Below, one piece after another: positions 24,468 through 37,860 of a DNA stretch of 64,000 bases. Position 1 is the first letter of the stretch. Every line of letters begins with the position of its first letter. The stretch comes from Eledone cirrhosa (lineage: Eukaryota): NCBI GenBank assembly GCA_964016885.1, contig OZ024746.1:97650001-97714000 (forward strand). The letters are read 5' to 3'. A program made the position numbers and the translations under genes. The notes under the pieces were generated by a model. That model was not told the DNA's origin and ran no database searches. It was given only the letters and a program-made list of their open reading frames with translations.

Positions 24468-24865
24468 TATCAAGTGGCCAGGAGGGAAGCTAGTAGACAA
24501 GTGTACCTTGCAAGAAGGGAAGCAGAGGAAAGAAAGTTCAAGCATGTTCTACTTAGTGAGGACCAAAAAGGTGAGGTGTTCAGGGTTGCTAGACAATGTG
24601 TCAAGGAAAACAGTGATATTGTTGGGGAGAAGTGTGTCCGTAATGATGATGGCGTACTTGCCATCATTGATACTGATAAGAAGATAGCTTGGAAGTGTCA
24701 CTACGAGAGGCTACTAAATGAGGAGAATAAATGGGAAAAAGATAGTCTGCTCCAAATCGATCCAATAGAGGGACCAGCAGTGCAAGTTGAAGGTAGTATA
24801 ATAAGTAAGGCAATCAAAGATATGAGGACAGGCAAAGCAGCTGGGCCTTCAGAGATAGTTGTGGT
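24468..24865 (+). mobile_element. RTE LINE ORF2 internal fragment (upstream of RT)
   Basis: YQVARREASRQVYLARREAE...AWKCHYERLLNEEN...AIKDMRTGKAAGPSEI. Confidence 0.8.
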
Positions 24866-26323
24866 TTTATTTCATAGAACTAGAACCAGTTTTGGCTGGA
24901 TTGGTAACTAACGGGTGAAAGTGTGTTTTCTAAAAACACACCACCATAAGAATCTTTGTTAAATTACGCTACAAACACTAGGTTTGATTATTTTCTAAGT
25001 TATTTGACAATGATAGGCAGTCTCATTCATTAGAAATGTGATAATGAAAGGGTTAGATGGTTATTAACAGTAGGTTCAAATGGTAGGAGAAATTAAAAAG
25101 TAAATCATAAATAGGACACCTGTGCGAGTCACTCAAGGTAGAGCCGCTACTTGTTTGAATTGAGAGAAAGATACAGCTCTGATACTATGGGTAAATGATT
25201 AGAATGTCACAGAAAAGAATTGCTGGACAGGTTTTACAGGCAAAACCAACCAGCAGGAGACTCAGGCTAGACCCTGAGTAAGATGGTTGGATAACATCCA
25301 TGAGCTTGGCTGGTCTCGGGGATCCAGCCAGATCAATTGGAGATGGTTGCTTCTGACAGGACCCATTGGAAGGAGTGTTTCAGGACTCTGCCTACACAAC
25401 CCTCTCAGGAATAAGTGGGAGACGAAAAAGAACCATAATTAGGAGACAACACATGGAGCTCATAATTAGCTTACTGATTACAAAGAAACATAATGTTTGA
25501 AAATGTTGGTGATTGCAGATGGGTAATATTTGAAACATTTAATATAATTATATAAACCTACTCTTGGGTCTCAAATGATATGAGGAGGTCCGCAATTGTT
25601 CTAGGTTGTCTCCATTATTTATTTTAAAAACCAGAATTAGCTGTTTATTTTACATATTGAGATTCCAACCCATCCTATTTATTTTATAACATGAGGGATT
25701 TCTAGTAATGTACTTTTTTTGTCAGGTATAATGTTTTTTAATGTTTAAAGAAAACCAATTGTCACAACATTGTTACCAATTAACATTTTGCTAACATTTT
25801 GGTGGAAATAGTTGAGCAAAATTTAATAAACCCGGATGGGGGGGGGGGGGGGTCTGAAAAATTAATAAGCAAGCGGGGTGATTATTCAAGCCTCGAGACT
25901 CCATATGAATTACCAATACATGAATTACCAATATTACTTTGGGAATGAAGTTTTATATCACTATAATGGTTTCTCTTTTTATTCACATTTCTTGCCAGCA
26001 AGCTTAAGATTATGTCCCTAGACTCTGTATGGAAGTTAACAGAACACTGTGAGATGTCACTTATAATTAATATTTCATGACACATATAGAGAGAGAGTGA
26101 AGGAGGAGAGAGAGAAAGGACAGCTGTATGTTACATAAACCGTTCATGACTATATTTCTAATGTAATACAAAATCATCATCATCATCATTTAATGTCTGT
26201 TGTCCTTGTTAGCAAAGATTGGATGGGTCTTCACAGACTGAGTCAGTACTCAAGTGGGAATACTGAACTCTCAAATGGGCTGGGAGCCTACACCTCACTT
26301 TCATATGGTCTCATGTTCTACTG

Positions 26324-26663
26324 CAGCACTCACCGACCTCTAGGACCACTAAAATTCATAATTCTAAATGCCACGGACCACTTATAGAAATTAATCGTCA
26401 ATGGCCGAAACAATACTGAAGCGTACGTGTGTCATATTGTCGATAGATGATACATATGTGTAAATTCTTTCATGGATGTTAGTTCTTTACTGAAGAGAAA
26501 CATTTTTTAGGGGTGTTATAAAATATATTTTAACCAAATATTATTTTTGTTTTATTATTAATAGAACATAAAAATTGCAAATAATGTCCAAATTTTTCTG
26601 CGGACCACCAAACCTATCTCTTGGACCACCAGTGGTCCGCAGAATACCGGTTGGTGACCCCTG
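26324..26663. mobile_element. hAT MITE, 340 bp
   Basis: TIRs CAGCACTCACCGACC / GGTTGGTGACCCCTG; 8-bp TSD TTCTACTG / CTCTACTG. Confidence 0.75.
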
Positions 26664-28468
26664 CTCTACTGGGTGCATTTTATCATGTCACTAGCACTAT
26701 TAAGGTTTTCATGCTTTTGATACAATAGAAGGGTCCTCCCAACCCTTTGTTTGGCAAGTGTTCTATGGCTGGATGCCCTTCCTCTCACCAACCACTTTAT
26801 AGTATGTATTGAGAGTTGATCACATAGATCATCAGTAACAGTAGAGAGTTTGTTGTGCCATTGACAGAACTAAATGAATGAATAATTTTCAGGAAACTAG
26901 TAAAAAATATTTCTTTCCTAAGATAGTAACTTAACATATGCTTCTTATATAGAATTATGTTGGAAGATCTTAATTTAACCCTTTAGAATTTAAACCGACC
27001 ATATCCGGCCAGAAATCTCTCACCGTTTTCTGTTCAAACTGGTTGTAACCAGCCACACATACCAACATTAAAGTATTGTTCTCAAAATAAATAATATAAA
27101 AATCATAGATAGTGTGTGAGAAGCCTTTGCTGTAAAAATACAATAGTAAATATAGAGTAATCATCATCATTCTTTTATGTCCGCTTTTCCCTGCTTGCAA
27201 GGGTGGGATGGGAACTGATTCTGACTTGATTTCTACAGCTGGATGCCCTTCCTAACACCAACCTCATTTACAGTGAGTGCTGGGTGCTTTTTTTGCTGTG
27301 GCACCTACACATCCACTTTACAGTGTGGGCTGAGTGCTTTTTTTGCCGTGGCATCTCCACGACCACTTTGCAGTGAGTAAACTGGAGCAATGTGAAATAA
27401 AGTGTCTTGCTCAAGGAAACAACACATCACCCAGTCTGAGAATTGAAGTCACAACCTTTCGATTGCAAGGCCAATGCTCTAACAACTAAGCCATGTGCCT
27501 CCATCATGTAATGTAAAGGCTAAACGGTTAAATAGAATCCCTTTAAAATAGGCAGTTTTGCTTTACAAAACCAGAGCCACTATTGACTTGGATGGTGTTA
27601 AAAGACTTAAAGACAAATTCTGTAAGCGACTGATCCTCTGTGTGGATTACGCAGGCAATTAGCAACATGACAATAGAATAATGTGTAGTTAAGTGGATAA
27701 AGTTATAAATACTAACTAATGGGACTGGAAATAGTATAAAAAAGGTATAGTGATTTTAGGAAGAAGGGGAAACAAGTATATTTAGACAGGAAAGAAGCTG
27801 AGTATTGTTGGTTTGGTCTTGCCTTGTATTATGAGGAGTGGCATTAATTATTCTAAATTGCATGGCAGTGTATTCACATTAGCTAGGATGTCACGATGAG
27901 GGGGGACGGGGGGGGGGGGGTATGAACCGATATAAGTACATGTGTCCTATGTGGTCAGTAAAAGAAATATGAGGTAATGAAAACCAGCCAAAAGTAGAAC
28001 AAATGGAAGGATTAGACATAGGGGCTTGTTCAAGAATAATACTTTAATTAATCCTTCAACATTTAAACTGGCTGTATCCGGCCAGAATTCTCTCACCTTT
28101 TCTGTTCAAATCGGCCATAACTGGCCACTCATACTGACGTTAAAGTATTGTTCTCAAAATAAATAATATAAAAATCTCGTAGATTCAACATTATGTGAAA
28201 TAATTATGTGAGATAAAGCCTTTACCACAAAAATACAATAGTAAATATAGAGTAATGTAAATGGTAAAGGGTTTAGAGTATGGAGGCATGAAAATTAGCA
28301 GGTTTGTTAGACATATTTACCGACATGTTGGAAAGAAAGATTCTATAGTAGTATGAACAATACTAGTTAGATATTTAGCTAATCAGTTTGTCTCAATCTG
28401 AACATTGGTCAAACAGAGCTATGATCAAAGATTTCCAGTTAAAACAATTCCATCTATATGTACTAAAC

Positions 28469-28918
28469 CAGTGGTCTCCAACCTTTTTTATACCATGGAC
28501 CGGCTTCAGGTCGGTCAATCTTTCCACGGGCCAGTAGTTGCATATATGTGTTATTTAAGTGCATTATTGTTTCTTCGTTTGGCACAAGGCCAGCATTTAC
28601 CCCAGTGCATTACTGGTACTTTATTTTATCGACCACATAAGGATGAGAGGCAAAGTTTACCCCCGCAAGATTTGAACTCGGACTGTAAAGGGGCGTAACT
28701 CTATGCTGCAACGCATGGCTTCCAACCCTCTACCAGTACAGCCAATAATAAAAAGAATAATTTATTAAAGTAGATGAATATTGAATATTTAAACAAATCT
28801 TTTTAAATTAAAGTCCAATATTCAATTTATCTCTCATATGATTTTAAACAAGTTAATTATTACTTTGTGGCTCGGTATCAACTGATCCACGGACTAGTAC
28901 CAGTAGTTAGGGACCTCT
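28469..28918. mobile_element. hAT (Charlie-like) MITE containing a SINE A insertion
   Basis: CAGTGGTCTCCAACC / GTTAGGGACCTCTG termini; TSD poorly preserved. Confidence 0.6.
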
Positions 28919-31617
28919 GTAGTATACCATATATCAGTGCCGCAAACACTGAAACATTCATACTCTCAAGAAAGTATGTGCAGTGCACTCTACATGTGAG
29001 TGGAGATACTCTGAAGGAAATGTAGAAGGAAATGTTGGTGTCACTTTTATGAGTGATAGAAGGCAGGAGGCTGAATTAACCTTTAACATGCTAGTAATTT
29101 TTATGAGTTGTTTCCCTCTATTAAGGGGAGATTACTCATATGATGCATTTTGTCGCCCACAGCAAACTGAAGGTTAAGTTCAAGGATTGCAGAAGCTGGT
29201 ATAGTAATGCACCAGCTTCATCATTCGGTTGGCAGAAGAAGGGAGGTTGGTGTAAAAGCCAAACTCACTATCTTCAATCCGATGTTCTTGCCAACCCCTA
29301 CCTATAGTCATGAATGATTGGTAATGACTGAAATATACAATCGTAAATACAAGTGACCAAAATAGTATTCCCCCGAAGGGTCTTTGGAGTAATATTACTC
29401 AATAGGGTATGTAGCTCAGAGATCAGGGTGTCACTCGAGATAGAACAACTTCTCTGGATCAAAAGATTACAACTATGGTGCTGTGTTTATGTGTTTAGAA
29501 TGACACAGAAAAGAATCGCTAGACTGATTTTATTGTCAAAACCATCAGGCAGGAGATCCAGATGGAAACCGTAAACATGATGGTTGGATAACATCCAAAA
29601 GCTTAATTGGCCACATTTGGAGATTCATCTGGATGATTCAAAGACAATGTTTTTTATAGGACCTGCTGGAAGCACTCTGCCCTTAGGACACTCTTAGGAA
29701 TTAGTAGGCAAAGAAGAATATATCAGTCTAATAACTTCATATTCAGTTTCTAAAATAATCTTAAAATATTATCTTGTTCTTCCGATTTTGTTTATTTATT
29801 TAGAAATTTGCTAATTACATACTAAAGAATTCTTTAAAAATGAATATTTTGTACTCATCAATTCTAAATTCTTCACAATATCTTCTTCTTCACATCTGTT
29901 CCTGCTTTTTCATGCCAGATGCACTTCTTGTCACCAACCCATACGTTTTGGTATAATAAAGTATTACCTACTGATGGAGTTTTGGATGAAAAACACAAGC
30001 ACATATAGGCTGCCACACAGTTTTCACCTACCAAATTTACTCACAAGGTGAAAGACCAGGAGACAGATTGTTGCTGAATGAACAAAGACAATATAAGGTA
30101 TGAGAAGACTCTTCAATCTGGACAAGCATGTGACAACCTCTCTAGTGTTGGTGTCATGCTAAAATGCACCTAGTACACTCTGTAAAGTGTTAGGATTAGT
30201 GCCACAATAAAAAGTACCAAGTACTTTCTATAAGATGGTTGAAATCATGCCAAAATGGAAGATATGCCAAAATGGAAGATATGCCAAAATGGAAGATATG
30301 AGCAAGATGGGTCACTCTAACATGTCTTGTCTTGGACTGTGATAACTTGTCCAGCCCATTCCAAGTCTGGATAGAAGACATAAAGTGATGATGTTGTTGA
30401 CAATTATTCCCCTGTCTTACTACAAGGAAGCAAAATTATTGATGTTCAGTTATGCTACTCCATACTATCAACCTGAAAAAAGCTCCTCTATACTGAGACT
30501 ATAGTGGATGGCACTTGCTCAAAGTAATACACAGTGGGAATGAACTTGGAACCATGATTGTTATATGAACTTCTTAACTACACAGGTACAAGAGTAGATA
30601 AAAACTTGCTTTTACTGAAATTACCAGCATTTGCCAGAGTTCATTCTAAATTACTGCATTCAAGCCAAAAGGAAGCCTGTATGCAGTCACTTAACTAGCT
30701 TAAAATAGCAGCCAAATTTTCTTCTACTAATACCTTATTAACTTAAGAAAGGGAAGGTAGATTGTATAATATAGTCCTAGAGAGATTGTCTGAAATTACA
30801 TTGGGATGCCCATGGCTGGCAAGTTTAATCATAAGTCAACTTGATTAATGTTAACCTGGGGATAAAACCCACCACTATCATCACCACCAGCAGAGATGGA
30901 GACAATGATGGTGGTGGTGGTGGTGGTGGTGGTGGAGGCGGTGACAGTGACGACAACAACAAGAGCATCAACAAATTACTGCATTTTATCTTCCCAGCAT
31001 AGTAAATATGTCTTGCTGTCTAACAGAAGCTTCTTTGGCAAACCTGTTTATCATAGTCAAAGACATTACACAATCATTTTGATCAATGACCATAATTTAC
31101 CTGAGTTATTCCTACAGGTTTAAAACAAATGATCTTTAAATAGATTTTATTTATATGTAGGATTTTTTAATTTACCATTGAGAACTTATAAAGTACAGAT
31201 AACTCAATGTGGTAATAGAATATTGATTGGATATATATTCCAAATGATCATTCATCTAACCTGCCTGATACAACCCCTGGTTTATAATATGAGATTATCC
31301 ATTGAAACCTTCCAACATAATTTTGTTCAGTTCCAAGTTAATAATGAAAATGTTAATTATTTTACTGAATTCCTCTAAATATTCTATTATATCTAAAATT
31401 AACTGAAATAGATACACATTTATTCACCACCACCATCACCATGTATACATAAATATATATATGTATATATATATATATATATATAAGCAGAAGGGATATT
31501 CAATTTGTTGGTAATTCAACAAATATAAATGTTTATAACTGATTCAGAGCACTCTACAAGTTTTCTGAATATACAATGATATTAAATAAATGGAAACTAT
31601 ATTTATAAAACCATATT

Positions 31618-31678
31618 TATTCTATTATATATATTTCAAGGGTACCAAAATTTTGGTACGCACTCATCAGATAAAATA
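31618..31678 (-). ncRNA. Type I hammerhead ribozyme motif
   Basis: Minus strand TATTTTAT CTGATGA GTGC-GTACCAA-AATT-TTGGTAC-CCTT GAAA TATATA TA ATAGAATA. Confidence 0.75.
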
Positions 31679-32227
31679 CGAAGTTTTTTTAATAAATTTT
31701 GACATAACCAAGGAGAATATACTTTAACAGTTCAAGTTATCCTTGGATAGTGAAGGGATAAGAGAAGAAAAGTCAAATATTTCAAATTATTAAGATGAGT
31801 ATGCAAATGGGGTTTAGGTAAAAGGGCTGAAAAAAATCGTTGTTTTAGACGCTATGGAAAATTTAAATAATTATGATAAGTTATTGTATGCGTAGGAAAG
31901 AAGAGAAAGGAAGAAGAGCTAGCATTTACGTTAATTTTGGGGAAAAAATAAAGAGGATAAATTTTCAGAATATCATTTAAAGATTATCAATCTACATCTA
32001 AAAATATATTTGGAGGGCTGTCCTTAGAAAAATAATGTCGGAATTAAAAATAATGTCAGAATTAAAATAATGTCGGAAATTAAAATATTAAATATATATA
32101 TTAAAAATATTATAAATATTAGAGATATTAAAATTTTTTAGAAATATTAAAAATATTAAAAAAATTTACATTTAAATTTTTAAAAAGGTAGGATCATTTT
32201 GAAGGTGTATAGGAATATTATAAATTA

Positions 32228-32474
32228 AAAATAATTCTGTTCTGAGATTAAAAGAGTTTTGACAGTTAATTATATAAAAAATTTCTCAGATACACAATTT
32301 ACAGAATCTTGATAAAGCTGTATTTCGGTATGCAGGTGCTTTCCAAATCGTTCTCCAAGATATTGAATAGTCTATATTATTGTCTTTTAAATTCCAAATT
32401 AGATGTGAATGTGAAGTAGAATATTTTTTATCAGATCTCCTCAATGTATGGTTATGGTTATTCCATCTTATTTT
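32228..32474 (-). pseudogene. Penelope-type GIY-YIG endonuclease C-terminal fragment (one in-frame TGA)
   Basis: My translation: KIRWNNHNHTLRRSDKKYSTSHSHLIWNLKDNNIDYSISWRTIWKAPAYRNTALSRFCKLCI*EIFYIINCQNSFNLRTELF, matching the recalled PLE pattern K.R..NH...F....ST.LS..IW.LK......I.W.I...A..Y......C.LC..E...I......LN.R.EL. Confidence 0.75.
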
Positions 32475-32553
32475 TGTGTGTGTTCACACACAAAAACAAG
32501 ATGGCGTAGGACAGAACAAGGGAGAGGCACAAAAACAAAGAAAATAATCCCCA

Positions 32554-32596
32554 GTCACTAAAGAGGTCACCGAATGTGTGACGAAAGAACTTTGAC
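32554..32596 (+). ncRNA. Degenerate minimal hammerhead motif (core G5>A)
   Basis: GTCA CTAAAGA G-GTCAC-CGAATGT-GTGAC GAAA GAAC TT TGAC. Confidence 0.55.
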
Positions 32597-33049
32597 AATA
32601 TATGAACAACCATCCGGTTATGGAACCAACGAACCAGCCGGAAATTTATAAATTTAATTTATAATAAATTGGAGTGAAAGCAACTGCAGTATGATTGAAT
32701 CCAAAAACACATGGTTATGAAGTAAACTCCTTAACCACACAACTATTCCTGCCCCTATCAAGTAGTATCCTTCTAATGAAGGATTTTTAATTTACTACTA
32801 AGAACTTATAAAGTACAGATAACCCACTGCAGTACTGGACTATTGATTTAAGAGATATTCCAAATGGCCATTTATTTAAATAACTTCGATTATATCCATT
32901 TAAATTTAGTGATATGTCAAACTGCAGTATTTCAACATTACACTGAGTGCCTAATTTAACATGTTAATATGTAGAATTCATGTAGTTAAGTGTGATTTAA
33001 CATAATATAGTGAGCAGAAAATAATTTTTAACTAATTGAAATTACATTA

Positions 33050-33242
33050 ATAATTGTTTCTATTTTTGGCACAAGGCCAGCAATTACCCAGTACATTACT
33101 GGTACTTTCTTTTATCGACTCCATAAGGATGAAAGGCAAAGTTAATCTCGGCGGGATTTGAACTCAGATCATAAAGGGACGTAAATCTATGCTTCAAAGC
33201 ATGGTGTCCGACTCTCTACCGATACTGCCAATCCACTGCCCT
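33050..33242 (-). mobile_element. SINE family A copy whose 5' end seeds the 27-bp array (further copies at 34818-34990 - and 35128-35320 +)
   Basis: The SINE end CTGCCAATCCAC(C/T)GCCC is the first unit of the array. Confidence 0.85.
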
Positions 33243-34817
33243 TATTATATTCTGCCAACCCACTGCCCTTATTATATTCTGCCAATCCACTGCCCTTATT
33301 ATATTCTGCCAATCCACTGCCCTTATTATATTCTGCCAATCCACTGCCCTTATTATATTCTGCCAATCCACCGCCCTTATTATATTCTGCCAACCCACTG
33401 CTCTTATTATATTCTGCCAACCCACTGCCCTTATTATATTCTGCCAACCCACTGCCCTTATTATATTCTGCCAACCCACCGCCCTTATTATATTCTGCCA
33501 ACCCACTGCCCTTATTATATTCTGATAATCCACTGCCCTTATTATATTCTGCCAACCCACTGCCCTTATTATATTCTGCCAATCCACTGCCCTTATTATA
33601 TTCTGCCAATCCACTGCCCTTATTATATTCTGCCAATCCACTGCCCTTATTATATTCTGCCAATCCACCGCCCTTATTATATTCTGCCAACCCACTGCCC
33701 TTATTATATTCTGCCAATCCACTGCCCTTATTATATTCTGCCAATCCACTGCCCTTATTATATTCTGCCAATCCACCGCCCTTATTATATTCTGCCAACC
33801 CACTGCCCTTATTATATTCTGCCAACCCACCGCCCTTATTATATTCTGCCAACCCACTGCCCTTATTATATTCTGCCAACCCACTGCCCTTATTATATTC
33901 TGCCAACCCACTGCCCTTATTATATTCTGCCAACCCACCGCCCTTATTATATTCTGCCAACCCACTGCCCTTATTATATTCTGATAATCCACTGCCCTTA
34001 TTATATTCTGCCAACCCACTGCCCTTATTATATTCTGCCAATCCACTGCCCTTATTATATTCTGCCAATCCACTGCCCTTATTATATTCTGCCAATCCAC
34101 TGCCCTTATTATATTCTGCCAATCCACCGCCCTTATTATATTCTGCCAACCCACTGCCCTTATTATATTCTGCCAATCCACTGCCCTTATTATATTCTGC
34201 CAATCCACTGCCCTTATTATATTCTGCCAATCCACCGCCCTTATTATATTCTGCCAACCCACTGCCCTTATTATATTCTGCCAATCCACTGCCCTTATTA
34301 TATTCTGCCAATCCACTGCCCTTATTATATTCTGCCAATCCACCGCCCTTATTATATTCTGCCAACCCACTGCCCTTATTATATTCTGCCAATCCACTGC
34401 CCTTATTATATTCTGCCAATCCACTGCCCTTATTATATTCTGCCAATCCACCGCCCTTATTATATTCTGCCAACCCACTGCCCTTATTATATTCTGCCAA
34501 TCCACTGCCCTTATTATATTCTGCCAACCCACTGCCCTTATTATATTCTGCCAACCCACCGCCCTTATTATATTCTGCCAACCCACTGCCCTTATTATAT
34601 TCTGCCAACCCACTGCCCTTATTATATTCTGCCAACCCACTGCTCTTATTATATTCTGCCAACCCACCGCCCTTATTATATTCTGCCAACCCACTGCCCT
34701 TATTATATTCTGATAATCCACTGCCCTTATTATATTCTGCCAACCCACTGCCCTTATTATATTCTGCCAATCCACTGCCCTTATTATATTCTGCCAACCC
34801 ACCGCCCTTATTATATT
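33225..34817. repeat. 27-bp tandem array, ~59 copies
   Basis: Unit CTGCCAA(T/C)CCAC(T/C)GCCCTTATTATATT. Confidence 0.95.
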
Positions 34818-36139
34818 AATAATTGTTTCTACTTTTGGCACAAGGCCAGCAATTATCAGTGTATTACTGGTACTTTATTTTATCGACCCCATAAGGATGA
34901 AAGGCTAAGTTAACAGACCATAAAGGGCCGTAACTCTTTGCTGCAAAGTATGGCGTCAGACCCTCTACTGATACTGCCAATTCACCTCCCTATATTAATA
35001 ATGAGAAGAACATTCATCACCATTACTACATTACTAATGAAAGACACTACCTACAATTTTCCAGTAATTTTGAATGAAATCAAGAATCTAAATGAATTTT
35101 CTAACATAACTAACTTAGCCATTATTAAGCTGGTGGATTGACAGTATCAGTAGAGGGTCAGACGCCATGCTGTGCAACATAGAGTTATGACCCTTTAAGA
35201 TCTGAGTTCAAATCCCACCGAGGTTAACTTTGCCTTTCATCTTTACGGGGTTGATAAAATAAAGTACCAGTAATACACTGGGTAATTGCTGGCCTTGTGA
35301 AAAAAGGTAGAGTCAATTATTAAGGTGGTGTTTGGAAGATAACTTAAGTCATTATATAGATTTAGGATGGAAGGGCTTTAGATCACAATAAACATTTTAA
35401 AATAAACAGTTTAGGATTAAAAAACAAGGATAGGTTTCAGACATTTGATATCAAAAGGGTTAAGTGATACTGATAGTAGAGTCATAAACCTTTTGATATC
35501 AAATTGCCTGAAACTGCCTCTTATTTCTATGATACAAAACTGTTTGTTTTAAAGTGTTTATCATTATCATTGTTATTTATATCCACTTCCCCTGCCAGTA
35601 GGGATTGGACAGGTTTTCACAGACTGACACACTTGCCAACCTCTAAAAACCCAAATGGGGAGAACCATGAAAAAGAAGTGTCCCCAAACAGGGAGAAATG
35701 AAGCAAAATGGGGAGATTTTATATAATGAAAGCTATACCCATTTTCATAAGAGAAGACATGTCTCACCCACCCCAAAGTGGGTAAGAGATGTCTTCAAAG
35801 AGATGTCCCCTGTCAGACGGGGAGAGTTGGTAGGTCTGAACTGAGTCAAATCTTAAGCAGGGCTACTGACCTCTCAGACAGGTCAGATGTCTGCATCTTG
35901 CTTACATACAGTCCACACAATACCAAGTGCATTTTATTGTGACACCAACACTAAAAAGGTTGTCATGTCTTTGACACAAATGAAGGGTTCTCCCAACCTT
36001 TTGTTTTGTGAGCTTTCAACAGCTGGATGCCCTTCCTATCACTAACCACTTTACAGAGCATAGTGTGTGAATTTATCATGTAGATCACCAACACTAGAGT
36101 GACTGTCATACTGTGGATGTAACCGAAGGCTCCTTTATG

Positions 36140-36580
36140 GCATGGTTCAGCTATACAGACTAAGTTATCAGAATACAGGAGTTCCCATTGAGTGTCAGTT
36201 TTAAAATTCTCAGTGACGGTTTGAAAGACAATGATAAACAGGAGTGATCTGAAGACAGAACCCTGGTGAAACCCCACCTGCACTTTAAATTCATCATTGT
36301 ACTCATTGTCAGCCTCACCTTACTTGTTGCACCTTTATAGATGGCTTACATGGTCATCACACCTTCTTCACCAAACTTCCAAGATGTCTTTCAGGTGACA
36401 GAGCATGGGACCCTGTCAAAGTCCTTCTGCAGATCTAAAAATGCCTGGTACAGTGGTTTACTCTTAGCTAAGTATCTCTCCTGCAGTTGTCTCACCAGAA
36501 AAAGGGCATCAGGAGCACCCTTTCTTGGTACACAGTCAAACAGCATCTCATCTAACTTGATTCTGTCCTTAATTAATTGT
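36140..36580 (-). mobile_element. RTE LINE reverse transcriptase fragment (decayed)
   Basis: QVGFHQGSVFRSLLFIIV...WELLYSDNLV corresponds to the GVHQGSVLSPLLF and LLYADDL RT motifs. Confidence 0.8.
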
Positions 36581-37411
36581 GTTTATATTTATCTAAAACC
36601 TGCCATCTTAATTTTATGTAAGAAACTTTGCTAAGTTATGTTCCAAATGTTAGATAATAAAATTAAGTTGTATTAGTGAATTCCGTCAATTTCTTAATTA
36701 CTTTAAAAACCATGTGAATATCACAGGTAAAGTTTTCATTAGAAAAAATGGAAATGGAAATGTTAATATATCACGACAGAGCAAATATAATTTGAATTTG
36801 AATTTCTGATTTAATAAGGAAACAGATGTTTATTAATCCACTGAGATAATATTTAAATTGATTAAGATAAGTACACAAAACTTAAGTGAATAATTTAAGT
36901 GAAATATTTAATTTTAAAAATTAGCCTCATTATTTGAATTTAGAAGACAGGCCTTCATCGGTCACGAATGACCATGATTTTGCACCTAAATCGTTTCCCT
37001 CCGAGGTACAAACCCAGGCAAGGTTTGTTTGTGGAAGACCAGCAGTCGCCCATGAATACAAGTCTCCCCTTCTCCATGCGACCGATGTTGTCCAAGGGAA
37101 AGGCAATGGCTAATACATCTTGGCACCAGTAACGTCACACACATTTCTACAACTGAGTAAACTGGAGTTACATGAAATAAAGTGTCTGGCTCAAGGACGC
37201 AATGCATCATCTGGTCTGAGAATCAAACTCACAACCCCTCAGTTGCATGCTTAATGGTCTAACCACTAAGCCTTGCACCTTTACTTATCTGAATCAATGA
37301 TATGCTAAATATCAAGCATAACACTTAGATTGTCTTTAGGAAGTTAACAAAATAAACTGTAACAATATAAAACAATTTAAAATGAGAAAGTAAAGATGAT
37401 ATAATTCTCAC

Positions 37412-37440
37412 CATACTGAACCAGAGATTGAGACACTTAC
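37412..37440 (-). other. Candidate recursive splice site / 29-nt RS-exon or microexon
   Basis: Minus strand tttgtttctttattttcag|GTAAGTGTCTCAATCTCTGGTTCAGTATG|gtgaga. Confidence 0.4.
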
Positions 37441-37860
37441 CTGAAAATAAAGAAACAAATGAGTCAAAACATAATATCATCAATAATTGTTTCTAGTATA
37501 AGCACAAGGCCAGCAATTTTGGGGGAAGGGAAAGTCGATTAAATCAACCCCAGTGCATTACTGGTACTTTATTTTATCGACCACGTAAGGATGAAAGGCA
37601 AAGCTAACCTTGGCAGGATTTGAACTCAGAATGTAAAGGGCCGTAACTCTATGCTACAAAGCATGGTGTCCGATGCTCTACCGATTCTGCTAAACATTTA
37701 TCATAACTTGTCAATCAATATCAGAGTAGAAATATAATCAAGCAAAAATTAGGAATTAATGGAGAATACATTGACTTCATTGGTTGAAGCTGCAGAATGA
37801 TCACACAAAATACCTGTTTCACTCACAAAGTTGGCTTAAAAACCATTGATAATTACATAA

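Larger units (their letters stand above)
31490..32474 (-). mobile_element. Penelope-like retroelement 3' remnant: GIY-YIG endonuclease C-terminus, AT-rich 3' region, hammerhead-bearing terminal repeat
   Basis: Endonuclease-like translation at 32474-32228, hammerhead at 31678-31618, ends at a (TA)n tract. Confidence 0.75.

Noticed and set aside
31095-31125. 11-nt minus-strand microexon (tag|GAATAACTCAG|gtaaat)
   Set aside because: Weak donor, frame-shifting length, expected by chance in AT-rich DNA
32286-32288. In-frame TGA in the PLE endonuclease as selenocysteine
   Set aside because: It falls two codons after the CxxC, not at a Cys position; a nonsense mutation in a dead copy is simpler; no SECIS identified by eye
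33187-34913. Three ORFs over 530 aa
   Set aside because: 27-bp array derived from a SINE end; open in several frames at once
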